A stretch of DNA of 64,000 nt from an uncultured Chloroflexia bacterium. Lineage in GTDB: Bacteria; Chloroflexota; Limnocylindria; Limnocylindrales; CSP1-4. Under the pieces are notes generated by a model. The model made no database searches and was not told the DNA's origin. It saw only the letters and a program-made list of their open reading frames with translations. The translations under genes were made by a program, and so were the position numbers. Positions within the stretch are counted from its first letter, which is position 1. Every line of letters begins with the position of its first letter. Of this stretch, positions 45,501-54,369 are shown piece after piece. The stretch lies in contig CAWFMQ010000020.1 of the NCBI GenBank assembly GCA_963816905.1, positions 1,862 through 65,861 of the forward strand, read 5' to 3'.

Positions 45501-48060
45501 CGTAGCCGGGCAGCGTCGACGGCGCGCCACCCTCCATTGTCTGGTCCGGGTCGCCCGTGTAGTAGTCGTAGCGCGTGTCGAACGCCGGGACCGGGGCCGG
45601 GGCGTCGTTGTAGAGGATGAGCGTCTTGCCGGCGAACGCCGAGAAGTCGACGATGACGTCGGCGCGCTCGGCCGGGCCCATGAACAGGGCCCGCTGCGAG
45701 ACGTTCAGGACGACGATGTCGCGGCGGTTGTAGTTGTAGCCGACGGGCTGGTTCTTGAGGACCACCGGCGCCGGCAGGATGCCGCCTTCGGAACCAATCT
45801 GGATCATGCTCGGGCCGGCGGCCCGGACGTCCGGCACACCACCGGCGCGGTCATCGAGCTGATCGGGCACGACGTAGCCCGCCACCGCGGGGCCGGCGCA
45901 TGGGCAGGCAGGAACCATCGGGACTTCGCCGAAGTTCGCATTGGCAAGCGTGCCGTCCGGGTTCCACATCTGGCCGGTGAGTCCGGCGAAGCTTGCCGCG
46001 GACTGGAAGAGCGACAGGTTCAGGTTGCGGTCGTTGCCGGCGTTCAGGATGGAGAGGCGGTATGACTGCGGCTGGACGTTCAGGACCGGGTAGGCCGTGC
46101 CGTTGACGAGCGGCGTGTCCATGAACGACTCAGGCACCAGCGATGGATTCGGGATCCCCGGGTTCTGCGAGTTCTCCCAGGGCGCGGTGACCGGGTTGTA
46201 CAGGGAATTCGCCACCGGGCCGTTCACGAGACCGGTGTAGGGAGGCCAGAACCAGGGCCCGTAGTCCCAGCGGCCCATCATGTTGGCGCCGGATTCGACA
46301 CCCGGGTTCTGGTTGGGCATGTAGACGTGGGGGAACCAGAGATTGCCGTAGCCGCCGTAGGCGGTCGTGTTCCAGGTGGGATCCTCCATCGCCAGCTGGC
46401 TGGCGGACGGGACGAAGGTCTTGTCCTGGATGACCAGCGGGATCTGCGCCGAGGGGACGATCCCCTGGCTCACGAGGCTCGTCGAGACCGTCGTGCACGT
46501 CACCACAGCAGCCGCACTGATCGTGCAGTTCTGGGTGGAGTCGAGAACGGGATCCTGGAGGACAAACCCGGCCGCCTCACCGGCATACACGTTCAGCCGG
46601 GTGATGCCGTACGCATGGTCGTGATAGAACATCAACCGAGCGCTCTGCTGGTTGGTGTAGAAGAACGTCATCGAGCCGTCGCCCGGACTGTTCGAGGCGC
46701 CCGCGACGTTGCAGACGGTCTGTCCCGTGCAGGACGCGATGCCGTTGCCGTTCGCGTCGTACCACATGTCGGGCACGTAATCGGTGCTGACACCCTTGGG
46801 ATACTTCGTGCTCTCACCCGCGGGCGTGGTCCACTGGTTTGGCGTGCCGTCGCTGATCCACGGGGTGAAGCCGCCGTGGAGGTGGACAGTCGCGCGGTTC
46901 TGCGAGAAGTACGCGCAGTTGCCGCCCATCATCCAGTCGCATGACGCGCCGGTGCTGTCCACCGGCCCGGGGCCGGAGCCCATGTCGGTCGTGTCGACCG
47001 GGATGAAGAGGCTGCCGTCGCTGCCGGGGGTCCCGTTGCCCATCGTCGAGTTGGGCAGGTAGTTGTCGAACTTGACGCGGGTCGGCAAGTTCTTCTGCGC
47101 GACGACGACGGGACCGAGGTACGAGGGCTTGTCGACCGCGAACACCGGCTGGCCGGCCTTGTTCAGGATCGGGTTGCCGTTGGGGTACGTCAGCGCGACG
47201 TGGTTGCTCTTTCCTGCGAGCGGCTGCCCGACGCCGAAGACCGGCGTCTCGATCTGCACGTAACCCCGCAGGGTCGTGGCCGGCAGGTCCTTGTGCAGCT
47301 GCTCGGTGTACTGGACGACCGCGATCTCGTAGTAGTCCGCGCCGGGGTAGCTGGTCTGGTCGGCGACCGCAACAGGAATGTAGTTGCCGAGGTCGTTCTG
47401 GGCAGCCGAGCCGAGGCCGGGCAGCGTGTCGACGAACTTGCGGATGCCGGGCACGGAGTTATAGAGGCTGCCGCCCGAGGTGACGGCGATCGCGGTGATC
47501 ACGCCGGCGGTGATGGCCGGCGTCAGGACCGCCCCGGTGCCGCCGCCGCCGACGATGAAGGCGGTGGTGTTCGCAAGTGTGTAGCCGGTGCCGCCGTTGG
47601 TGACCGTCACGCTCGTGATCGCGCCGGTTGTCGGATCAACCGTGGCGGTCGCGAGAGCGGACCCGTCGCCGTCGCCCCAGATCGCCACGCTGGCGGGCAC
47701 TGGGCTGTTGGCATAGTTCGGGATGGACCCGAAGTAGTCGGTGACCGGCGTGGCAGCTGCCGGAGCGGCAGTGTTCAGGCCGAGTGTCGTGAGCTTGCCG
47801 TTGACCTTGACGGTACGGGTCCCCGGCTTGACACCCTTCTTGACCTGCGCTTTCGCTGCGGCCTGGCGCTCCGCATTGGTGACCGTCCCGGCCATCAACT
47901 GTTCCGGAGTCAGTGGCTTTGCGGGCGTTCCGGCTTTCGCTGGTGCCTGGCTGCCTGTGGTGGCTGCCGCGAGCGTGGTCTTTGCCACCCCCGCTTGCGC
48001 CACGCCGCCCGGTGCCACCAACGCCAGGACGACAAGGCATAGAACCACGGCCCGTCTCAT
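42508..48060 (-). CDS. Giant secreted multicopper oxidase (~1850 aa) with C-terminal FN3, 2x MBG-like and ~5 Ig-like (Big_3_5-like) domains
   Basis: Signal MRRAVVLCLVVLALVAPGGVAQA. Cu motifs VHLHGG, FYHDHAYG, HTIHFHLF, WHCHLLGHEENDMM (HCHxxxHxxxxM). FN3-like ITLTWTDNS…YYYQVRAENS. Two IYSGFLPGD…TLPTCST…GTYPSTC…Y(V/I)AG(I/V)VT(V/I)T modules. Repeated …GTVQF…G..IGS…L..G.AT…H.ITA.Y.G…Y..S modules. Confidence 0.85.
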   Translation of the reverse strand: MRRAVVLCLVVLALVAPGGVAQAGVAKTTLAAATTGSQAPAKAGTPAKPLTPEQLMAGTVTNAERQAAAKAQVKKGVKPGTRTVKVNGKLTTLGLNTAAPAAATPVTDYFGSIPNYANSPVPASVAIWGDGDGSALATATVDPTTGAITSVTVTNGGTGYTLANTTAFIVGGGGTGAVLTPAITAGVITAIAVTSGGSLYNSVPGIRKFVDTLPGLGSAAQNDLGNYIPVAVADQTSYPGADYYEIAVVQYTEQLHKDLPATTLRGYVQIETPVFGVGQPLAGKSNHVALTYPNGNPILNKAGQPVFAVDKPSYLGPVVVAQKNLPTRVKFDNYLPNSTMGNGTPGSDGSLFIPVDTTDMGSGPGPVDSTGASCDWMMGGNCAYFSQNRATVHLHGGFTPWISDGTPNQWTTPAGESTKYPKGVSTDYVPDMWYDANGNGIASCTGQTVCNVAGASNSPGDGSMTFFYTNQQSARLMFYHDHAYGITRLNVYAGEAAGFVLQDPVLDSTQNCTISAAAVVTCTTVSTSLVSQGIVPSAQIPLVIQDKTFVPSASQLAMEDPTWNTTAYGGYGNLWFPHVYMPNQNPGVESGANMMGRWDYGPWFWPPYTGLVNGPVANSLYNPVTAPWENSQNPGIPNPSLVPESFMDTPLVNGTAYPVLNVQPQSYRLSILNAGNDRNLNLSLFQSAASFAGLTGQMWNPDGTLANANFGEVPMVPACPCAGPAVAGYVVPDQLDDRAGGVPDVRAAGPSMIQIGSEGGILPAPVVLKNQPVGYNYNRRDIVVLNVSQRALFMGPAERADVIVDFSAFAGKTLILYNDAPAPVPAFDTRYDYYTGDPDQTMEGGAPSTLPGYGPNMRTVMQIQVAATTPAAAFNLTNLQNAWNAAYVASQAAPIVPELAYNGPTGPYPDPTVTHNNYARMTNHSLWIGNPVNGVQVLTGGTGYSSVTPPLVSFIGGGGINAAAHAVVTAGVVTSVVVDNPGSGYTTEPVVKFTGGGGTGADAVAIGWKYMEPKAIQELFETQYGRMNATLGFELPFTTVNTQTTIPMGYAEPSTENLIASGLMTQLGTLTDGTQIWKITHNGVDTHTIHFHLFNVQLVNRVGWDGAIRPPDANELGWKESVRMNPLEDAIVAFKPAAPILPFKIGDSYRSIDTTRPETAMIDTFDATTGNAITVMNMITDFAWEYVWHCHLLGHEENDMMRPMTLAVSPEAPTNGTAVASGSTVWPATITLTWTDNSTTPKATNFYIQRATDPGFTANLTYFTVPGPTPPTTFTDTTPADGTTYYYQVRAENSVAYSLWSGTASAHTLPHLVITASSPSMVRGTTVPTITPIYSGFLPGDTPANSLTTLPTCSTTATSASPIGTYPSTCTGAASTKYTISYVAGIVTVTPPILTITASSPTVQYLQAIPAITPIYSGFLPGDNPGNSLTTLPTCSTAAVAGSAVGTYPSTCSGAVAPNYLIAYVAGVVTITKANQTITFPPIADQIIGTPDFSANATASSGLPVTLSASGQCSIVAGLIHLTAVGSCTVTANQAGNANYNAAPPVSRTFAITKAPSTTVLTSNYSVTKVNNPVVFTATVSGAFGTPTGTVQFRSDGNNIGSPATLSGGVATLSYSGLSVGTHTITAVYSGNATYNGSTSNNLTQTVRNRLNTTTAVTSNINPTVYGQSVTFTATVTPENNSLGVAPTGTVQWTVNGTNVGSPVALNGSGQATFTTTTLAVATSNIRANYTGDTNYNGANSAVYAQTVYKAGTTAVVTLTSPVSAATTVTWTATISVSAPGGGTVNSGTIQFRLDGVNFGALVTVSGGVATLVIPPGSLPVGTHQVRASYGGNASYYSTLSPNTTQVINP

Positions 48061-48449
48061 CAGAGACCCTCCCCATGACGAATCTTCCCCCCAGACCGGC
48101 GCAGGTTCCATCTGCGCTCCTTACGCCGATAGGGCCGAATGGACTATGTGAACGGACTAATAGACCTTGACAGTAACCTCTTCAGAAGCTCGACAGTTCG
48201 CCGGAAACCTCCGCACTTACTCCGGCCGCCGCCCGACCCGGCCGACGAGGAGACTCGCGCTTCGAACGCGATGGGTTCCGCGTACTGCGCCTTGACCCGG
48301 GCAGGTGCTGCCGCCGGATTCAGGCAGGCGCGTGAACGGCGATCGGTCGTCTACCGGTTCGGCGCCGGCAAGGGGCCGAATGCGCGTCGGCGACCTGGCG
48401 CCGAGGAGTTGCGGAGACCTGCCCTATCCGGCCAACACCCCACCTGCGG

Positions 48450-49571
48450 TCACCGAAGCGCCCCGGATGCCGCTGTGCCGGCCGCGGCGGTTCGGGCGGT
48501 CTCCCGCATCGGCATGCCGGATCCTCCGTAGCGCGAGGCGACCACCTCCGCAATGATCGCGAGCGCCATCTCCGCCGGCTCGCGGCCGCCGAGATCAAGG
48601 CCGATCGGGCCGCGCAGGCGCGCAAGTTCGTCGTCGGTCACGCCGGCGGCGCGCAGGCGCTCGCGACGGTCCGCCTGGGTCTTTCGGCTCCCGACGGCCC
48701 CGACGTAGCGGCAGCCACGATGGAGCGCCGCGACGATCGCGGGCTCGTCGAATTTGACGTCGTGCGTGAGCACGGCGACTGCATCGTCCGGGCCGAGACC
48801 AATCTCGTCGGCAACCTCGTCCGGCCATCCGACGAGCAGCCGATCCACGTCGGGAAACCGTTCCGGGGTCGCGAAGGCGGGCCGCCCGTCGATCACCACC
48901 GTCGCGTACCCCAGGGTCGTAGCCAGGGCGACCAGCGGGATCGCGACCTGGACGGCGCCGACGACGACCAGTCGCGGCTGCACGGGAAATGCCTCGACGA
49001 AGTACTGCTCCCCGTCGATCTCCAGGGTCCGCGAACGCCCGCGGAGCAGCACGTCCGCGGCCCCCAGCGCCAGTGCCGTGTCGGCAGCGGGATCGCCGGT
49101 CGTGCCGGCCAGCTGACCGCCCGCATCCAGCACCAGCGGCGCGACCGGGGCGCTCCCCTCCCCGGGTTCCGCCGGCCCGAACGCGGCCGGCGGCGCATCA
49201 CCGGGGAGCGGCGTGATCACGGCACGCCCAAGCGTGCGGGCTGCGTCCTCCACCTCCGGCCGGAGCACCGGCTCCACCAGGACGTCGATCGTGCCGCCGC
49301 AGGCCAGTCCGACGTCCCACGCCTGTTCGTCGCTGATGCCGTAGCGGATCACGCGCGCGCGACCTGTGCGGCGGGCGCGCTCCACCTCCTCGTACGCGGC
49401 GCCCTCAACGCAGCCGCCCGAGACCGAGCCCGCGAGGCGTCCATCGTCCGCCACGAGCAGCGTGGCGCCCTCCTGGCGCGGCGCGGACCCGAACGTTCGC
49501 ACGACGACGGCACGAGCGGCCCCGACTCCCTGGGATCGCCAGGCGTCGAGGTCGGGAAGCAGTTCCTTCAT
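48450..49571 (-). CDS. coxF: XdhC/CoxF-family molybdenum-cofactor insertion accessory protein
   Basis: VVRTFGSAPRQEGATLLVADDGRLAGSVSGGCVE…YGISDEQAWDVGLACGGTIDVLVEP…VVVGAVQVAIPL…IDGRPAFA… typical XdhC N- and C-domains. The ATG overlaps the upstream stop. Confidence 0.85.
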   Translation of the reverse strand: MKELLPDLDAWRSQGVGAARAVVVRTFGSAPRQEGATLLVADDGRLAGSVSGGCVEGAAYEEVERARRTGRARVIRYGISDEQAWDVGLACGGTIDVLVEPVLRPEVEDAARTLGRAVITPLPGDAPPAAFGPAEPGEGSAPVAPLVLDAGGQLAGTTGDPAADTALALGAADVLLRGRSRTLEIDGEQYFVEAFPVQPRLVVVGAVQVAIPLVALATTLGYATVVIDGRPAFATPERFPDVDRLLVGWPDEVADEIGLGPDDAVAVLTHDVKFDEPAIVAALHRGCRYVGAVGSRKTQADRRERLRAAGVTDDELARLRGPIGLDLGGREPAEMALAIIAEVVASRYGGSGMPMRETARTAAAGTAASGALR

Positions 49572-50884
49572 CGGAGGGTCTCCACGGTAAGCGGCACGGA
49601 GGTGGTGCGGCGCGACGAGTCCTCGCTCGCGAGGACGTCGACAAGGCGACGGATGCTGGGGAGGTCGTGGGCCGGGAGGAACACGTCGATCGACGGGTAG
49701 GCCGCCGCCATGCCCTGCGCCAGCGGCTGGTATCCGGCGGAACCCGCAAGGGGGTTGAGCCAGATGAGGCGATGGCAGTTGCGGCGCAGGCGCGCCGTCT
49801 CCTCCCGCACGACCTGCGGATCGCCGCGATCCCAGCCATCGCTCACGATGATCACGATGCCGCTGGACCGAAGCACGCGCCTCGCCCAGCGCTGGTTGAA
49901 CTCCCGGAATGCGCCACCGATCCGGGTGCCGCCCGACCAGTCCCCGACCGCAGCCGAAACCCGCGCCAGTGCCAGATCCGTGTCCCGCCCGCGGAGATAC
50001 GGCGTGATCCGGGTCAGGCGCGTGCCGAAACAGAACGCCTCGGTGCGCACGCGTGAACGGACGAGTGCGTGGCTGAAGCGGAGCAACAGGCGGGAGTGGC
50101 GCTCCATCGAGCCGCTGATGTCGCAGAGGAGCACGATCGACCGCGGCCGCCGCAGCGGACGCCGCCAGAGCCAGGTCAGCGGATCCCCTCCCGTGGCCAG
50201 GTTTCGCCGCATCATCTGTCGGGGCGCCACCATCAGCCCCTCGCGATGGACCTCCCAGCGGCGAGTGCGACGGAGCGGGAGCCGCGGGGTCATGGCATCG
50301 ATGGCACGCTCGGCCTCGCGAAGCTCGGCCGCCGTCATGCGCTCGAAGGCGCGTGCCCGCTGCGAGTCAGTCGGGCTCCAGGCGGTCGGTGCGGCGGTCA
50401 GGGCAGAGGCGTCCTGGTCGGCGCCCTCGTCCGCCGATTCGTCGACCTTCTTGATCTCCCCGCGGCGCTGCGACTCCTCCGCGCCGCGCTCGTCGGCGAT
50501 CCTGAAGTCCGGCGGCAGGACGTCGTCGAGGACCCGGCGGCGACCGCGACGTCGCCAGAACGCCGTGAACGCCCGGTTGTACGGCTCGAGCTCGTCGCGG
50601 TGCCGGACGAACAGCGCGGCACCCGCAGCACGTACCTCCTCGCGATCCCCGACGTCGATGAGTTCCAGGGCCCGGATGTAGTCGAGCACCGTGGCAAGGT
50701 CCGCCGCGAGACCCTCGTCGTGCAGTTCGCGGCCGAACGTCAGAACGTTGCGCAGGAGGCCCCGGCCGTCGACGCGCGGCTCGGGACCGAAGCGACGAAT
50801 CCCTTCCTCGCGGCGCGAGACCGCATCCGAGGCAGTCGCCGGAGCACTGCCGATCGCGTCCGGAACCGCCTTCGGCTCAGCCAT
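49568..50884 (-). CDS. coxE: VWA-domain protein (CoxE family)
   Basis: IVLLCDISGSMERHSRLLLRFSHAL (MIDAS DxSxS)…IVIIVSDGWDRGD…LIWLNPLAG. ATG at 50884 overlaps the coxD stop by 8 nt. Confidence 0.85.
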   Translation of the reverse strand: MAEPKAVPDAIGSAPATASDAVSRREEGIRRFGPEPRVDGRGLLRNVLTFGRELHDEGLAADLATVLDYIRALELIDVGDREEVRAAGAALFVRHRDELEPYNRAFTAFWRRRGRRRVLDDVLPPDFRIADERGAEESQRRGEIKKVDESADEGADQDASALTAAPTAWSPTDSQRARAFERMTAAELREAERAIDAMTPRLPLRRTRRWEVHREGLMVAPRQMMRRNLATGGDPLTWLWRRPLRRPRSIVLLCDISGSMERHSRLLLRFSHALVRSRVRTEAFCFGTRLTRITPYLRGRDTDLALARVSAAVGDWSGGTRIGGAFREFNQRWARRVLRSSGIVIIVSDGWDRGDPQVVREETARLRRNCHRLIWLNPLAGSAGYQPLAQGMAAAYPSIDVFLPAHDLPSIRRLVDVLASEDSSRRTTSVPLTVETLR

Positions 50885-51800
50885 TGTCGATGCCGGCCTC
50901 CGCGAGCATCCGCTCCCCGGAGGCGCCCCGAACGCTCCGCACGTCCTCTTCGTACTTGAGCAGGACCCCGAGGGTCGGATCCAGCACCTCGGGCGTGATC
51001 TCGGGCGCACCGAGCGCCACCAGCGCGGCCGCCCAGTCGAGCGTCTCGGCAACGCCGGGCAGCTTGGTCAGGTCGGCCTCGCGAAGCCGCTGGACGAACG
51101 CCACGACCTGGCGGGCCAGCCGTTCGGGGACGCCGGGCATGCGTGCGATGACGATCGCGTACTCCTTCTCCGCGGTCGGATAGTCGATCCAGTGGTAGAG
51201 GCAACGTCGCTTCAGCGCGTCGTGGATCTCGCGTGTCCGGTTGGACGTGATCACGACGCGCGGCGGGCGCTCGGCCCGGATCGTCCCGATCTCCGGCACC
51301 GTGACCTGGAAGTCGGACAGGATCTCCAGGAGGTAGGCCTCGAACTCCTCGTCGGCACGATCGATCTCGTCGATCAGCAGCACCGGCGCCACTCCTTCGT
51401 GGGCCTCGAGCGCCTGGAGCAGCGGCCGCTTGATGATGAAGTCGGGCCCGAAGATGTCATGCGCGGACGCTGTCGCCGCCTGGCCGCGCGCCTCCATCAG
51501 CCGGATCTCGAGCATCTGACGCGGGTAGTTCCACTCGTAGACGGCGGTGTTGACGTCGAGGCCCTCGTAGCACTGCAGGCGGATGAGTCGCGCGCCGAGC
51601 ACGTCCGAGAGGACCTTGGCAACCTCCGTCTTGCCCACGCCCGCCTCACCTTCGAGCAGGAGCGGCCGGCCCAACCGGAGACTGAGGTAGAGCGTGGTGG
51701 CAAGCGCGCGGTCGCAGACGTAGTCGCGCCGCGCGAATGCGGCCTGCAACCTGTCGATCGAGATCGCCCCCGCAGTTCCCGACGCTTCATCAGCGGTCAC
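50877..51800 (-). CDS. coxD: MoxR-type AAA+ ATPase (CoxD family)
   Basis: RPLLLEGEAGVGKTEVAKVL (Walker A), VLLIDEIDRADEEFEAYLLEIL (Walker B), VVITSNRTREIHDALKRRC. Confidence 0.9.
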   Translation of the reverse strand: MTADEASGTAGAISIDRLQAAFARRDYVCDRALATTLYLSLRLGRPLLLEGEAGVGKTEVAKVLSDVLGARLIRLQCYEGLDVNTAVYEWNYPRQMLEIRLMEARGQAATASAHDIFGPDFIIKRPLLQALEAHEGVAPVLLIDEIDRADEEFEAYLLEILSDFQVTVPEIGTIRAERPPRVVITSNRTREIHDALKRRCLYHWIDYPTAEKEYAIVIARMPGVPERLARQVVAFVQRLREADLTKLPGVAETLDWAAALVALGAPEITPEVLDPTLGVLLKYEEDVRSVRGASGERMLAEAGIDNG

Positions 51801-51920
51801 ATGGCGAATCTACAACGTGCGCCGGAGGGCAGGCACAATGGTCATCGCCGAGGCGGGCGAGACCGGGCTTGACAGGGCCGGCACACACGGCGCACAGTTG
51901 AGACAGACGTTATACATACC

Positions 51921-53243
51921 TTGGACGAGCAACGCATTCCTGTGATTCCGCGGCTCCTCACGATCATGGGCTCTGGCGAGACGACGCCCACGATGTCCCG
52001 CGTCCACCGCGCCCTCTTCGATCGATTCCCCGACGAACCGGTCAACGCCGTCGTCCTCGACACGCCCTATGGGTTCCAGGAGAACGCGGACGACATCACG
52101 GCGCGGGCGCTCTCCTACTTCCGTGACTCGGTCGGTCGCCGGTTCGGCGTGGTCTCGTTCCGCTCGACCCAGGTCGACCCGCTCGAACGGGAGGTTGCCT
52201 TCGCGCGGGTCCGCGAGGCAGACTACGTCTTCAGCGGTCCCGGGAGCCCGACCTATGCCCTGCGGCACTGGGCCGACAGCCAGATCCCGGGCCTGCTCGC
52301 GGGGAAGCTGTCCAAGGGCGGAAGCGTGGTATTTGCGAGTGCTGCCGCACTGACGCTCGGTCGCCTGATGGTTCCCGTCTACGAGATCTACAAGTCCGGC
52401 GAGGATCCTCATTGGGTGCCGGGGCTGGATCTGCTCTCAGCGATCGGCCTCACGGTCGCTGTCATCCCGCACTACGACAACGCCGAGGGTGGCAACCACG
52501 ACACCCGCTACTGCTACCTCGGCGAACGACGCCTCCGGGCGCTCGAGGCCGAGATGCCCGAGGAGACGTTCGTCCTCGGCGTCGACGGGCACACGGCGCT
52601 CGTGCTCGACCTCGACGCCGGTCGTGCCAGCGTCTTCGGCCTCGGCGTCGTGACGGTTCGCCGTCAAGGCCGGAGCGTCGTATTCGACTCCGGCACGCAG
52701 ATCTCGATCGACGAACTCCGGGCGGCTGCCTCCGGCCCGGCGCCGACGAGCGCCGGCGTCCCGGTCACCCCGGAGGCGCGCGCCGCGAATGCTGGTGCGT
52801 TTCGGGCAGGCCGCGAGCCGGCCAACCCGCTCCTGGAGGACGTCGCCGGCGCCGAGCGTGTCTTCGCGGAGGCGATCGAGGCCGGCGATCTCACCGCCGC
52901 CGTTCGCACGATCCTGGACCTGGATGCCTCGCTCCTCGCCTGGTCCCGGGACACGGAGGAGTCGAACGCCCTCGATGACGCCCGAGCCGCGTTCCGCGCC
53001 ATGATCGCCCGCCTCGGCGAGCAGGTCGGTTCGGCCGTAATGGACCCACAGACGCTCGTTGCCCCGTTCGTGGACGCGCTGCTCGATCTGCGGGCGCGCG
53101 CGCGGGCGGCCTCCGACTGGGTATCTGCGGACGTGATCCGCGATCGTCTCATCGCGGCCGGGATCGAGCTGCACGATGGCTCGGACGGAACGACCTGGGA
53201 ACTCAGTCACGACGGGGCACGCCAGCCGGATCGAGTCGGATAG
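51921..53243 (+). CDS. Two-domain hypothetical protein: N-terminal peptidase-S51/class-I glutamine-amidotransferase-like domain fused to a cysteinyl-tRNA-synthetase C-terminal-like helical domain
   Basis: N-terminus: LLTIMGSGETTPTM…YVFSGPGSPTYALRHW…VVFASAAALTLG. C-terminus: …FVDALLDLRARARAASDWVSADVIRDRLIAAGIELHDGSDGTTWEL resembles the CysRS C-terminal tail. The start is ambiguous (TTG at 51921, GTG at 51942, ATG at 51966). Confidence 0.6.
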   Translation: MDEQRIPVIPRLLTIMGSGETTPTMSRVHRALFDRFPDEPVNAVVLDTPYGFQENADDITARALSYFRDSVGRRFGVVSFRSTQVDPLEREVAFARVREADYVFSGPGSPTYALRHWADSQIPGLLAGKLSKGGSVVFASAAALTLGRLMVPVYEIYKSGEDPHWVPGLDLLSAIGLTVAVIPHYDNAEGGNHDTRYCYLGERRLRALEAEMPEETFVLGVDGHTALVLDLDAGRASVFGLGVVTVRRQGRSVVFDSGTQISIDELRAAASGPAPTSAGVPVTPEARAANAGAFRAGREPANPLLEDVAGAERVFAEAIEAGDLTAAVRTILDLDASLLAWSRDTEESNALDDARAAFRAMIARLGEQVGSAVMDPQTLVAPFVDALLDLRARARAASDWVSADVIRDRLIAAGIELHDGSDGTTWELSHDGARQPDRVG

Positions 53244-53448
53244 CGGCGCCAAATCGACGTTGTCTTCGGCGATGCCTGCAGTCGGTGTGGGTCGGGCGGG
53301 ATCAGAGCAGGCGCGACGGCACGGTCGGGGACGAGAACCGCTCGTCGAAGGCGGCGATCCAGTCGCAACCCGCCTGTCATGCTGCGGCCGCGAGGATGGC
53401 GTCGGGTATGCGCAGCCGCCGCGATCCACGGAGTGACCGGTGCGTGCC

Positions 53449-54369
53449 TCACGAACTTGACGTTCGCCCACTCCGTTGGGGTGCGGCTCCCGTGCCTGGA
53501 CTGTCCGCATCGTCCCTCCGGTCCCCTCGGACGCCTTCCCCTCGGCGCGCGTCGAGGGCCCCGCGCCACGATTCCAATGCCGCGGGCCACCATTCGTCGA
53601 TGATCGGATCGGCGCCGTACCAGGGCGCCCCGGTCAGCGGGCTGTGTACCGCGTCATCGAGGACGATGTGCCGGCTGCCTTCAAGGAGCGTGCAGCCGAC
53701 CGGGATGAGCCCGTCGCCGGGGATCTCGGTCCCGCCCGCACCCGGCAGCAGTTCCCGGTAGACACGGAACATCGCGCGTTCGCGCAGGTTGCCCTCGCTC
53801 CGCCCGACGATGCGCCCCGAAGTGACCGAGACGTAGCCGACGCCCGGCGCGAAGTACGCGCCCGGCACATGCTCGTCGGCGAATGTCGACGTCCGGGCGC
53901 TCGCTTCGCCGCGTCGAGTCAATGCCGGCGCCACGACGTGCGGCGTGCCCAGCGTGACGATCGCCCCGATCCGGTCTGCGCCGCCGAGCCGCCGTCCCTC
54001 GAAGGGGGCGCTGGACGTCAGGATCCGCGCGATGATCCCACCGGCCGAGTGCCCGATGACGAGAAGCGGCGCCCCTCTGCTCCGGGATGACTCCCCGGCC
54101 ACCCGGCTCGCACGCAGCAGGGCCCGCGCGGAACGCGTCGCGATCGCGCCTGCCCCGCGGCGTACCGAGAGCATCCAGTCCGGCGTCCAGACATCGGCGA
54201 TCACCACGGCTGCTGCGCCACGCCGCACGAGGCGATCCGGCAGGCGCCGGTAGAAGGGCGGGGCAGCCATGAACCCGCCGAGGATGAGCACGGTCGGATG
54301 GACGTCGCCGGCGTCGATCCAGCCTGGGTGCGTTGGCGTGACGGGCATGCGATGTTCGCCCCTGTTCAT
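53449..54369 (-). CDS. Alpha/beta-hydrolase (lipase/PGAP1-like)
   Basis: TVLILGGFMAAPPFY…PLLVIGHSAGGIIAR (GxSxG)…IVTLGTPH. ATG at 54369 overlaps the upstream stop (ATGA). Confidence 0.7.
   Translation of the reverse strand: MNRGEHRMPVTPTHPGWIDAGDVHPTVLILGGFMAAPPFYRRLPDRLVRRGAAAVVIADVWTPDWMLSVRRGAGAIATRSARALLRASRVAGESSRSRGAPLLVIGHSAGGIIARILTSSAPFEGRRLGGADRIGAIVTLGTPHVVAPALTRRGEASARTSTFADEHVPGAYFAPGVGYVSVTSGRIVGRSEGNLRERAMFRVYRELLPGAGGTEIPGDGLIPVGCTLLEGSRHIVLDDAVHSPLTGAPWYGADPIIDEWWPAALESWRGALDARRGEGVRGDRRDDADSPGTGAAPQRSGRTSSS

Noticed and set aside
48120-48200. Lower-GC patch upstream of the multicopper oxidase gene containing TTGACA (~48176) as a promoter
   Set aside because: The TTGACA is on the + strand, which is the wrong orientation for the minus-strand MCO gene. 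No properly spaced -10 element could be paired with any -35 candidate on the minus strand. The patch is plausibly the promoter region but is not callable from sequence alone.
51869-51920. Promoter or leaderless-transcript call for the 51921 gene (TTGACA at ~51869, TATACA at ~51911)
   Set aside because: The spacing between the two hexamers (~36 nt) is incompatible with a single sigma-70-type promoter. TATACA lies 4 nt before a TTG start, which is suggestive of a leaderless mRNA, but the start codon itself is uncertain.
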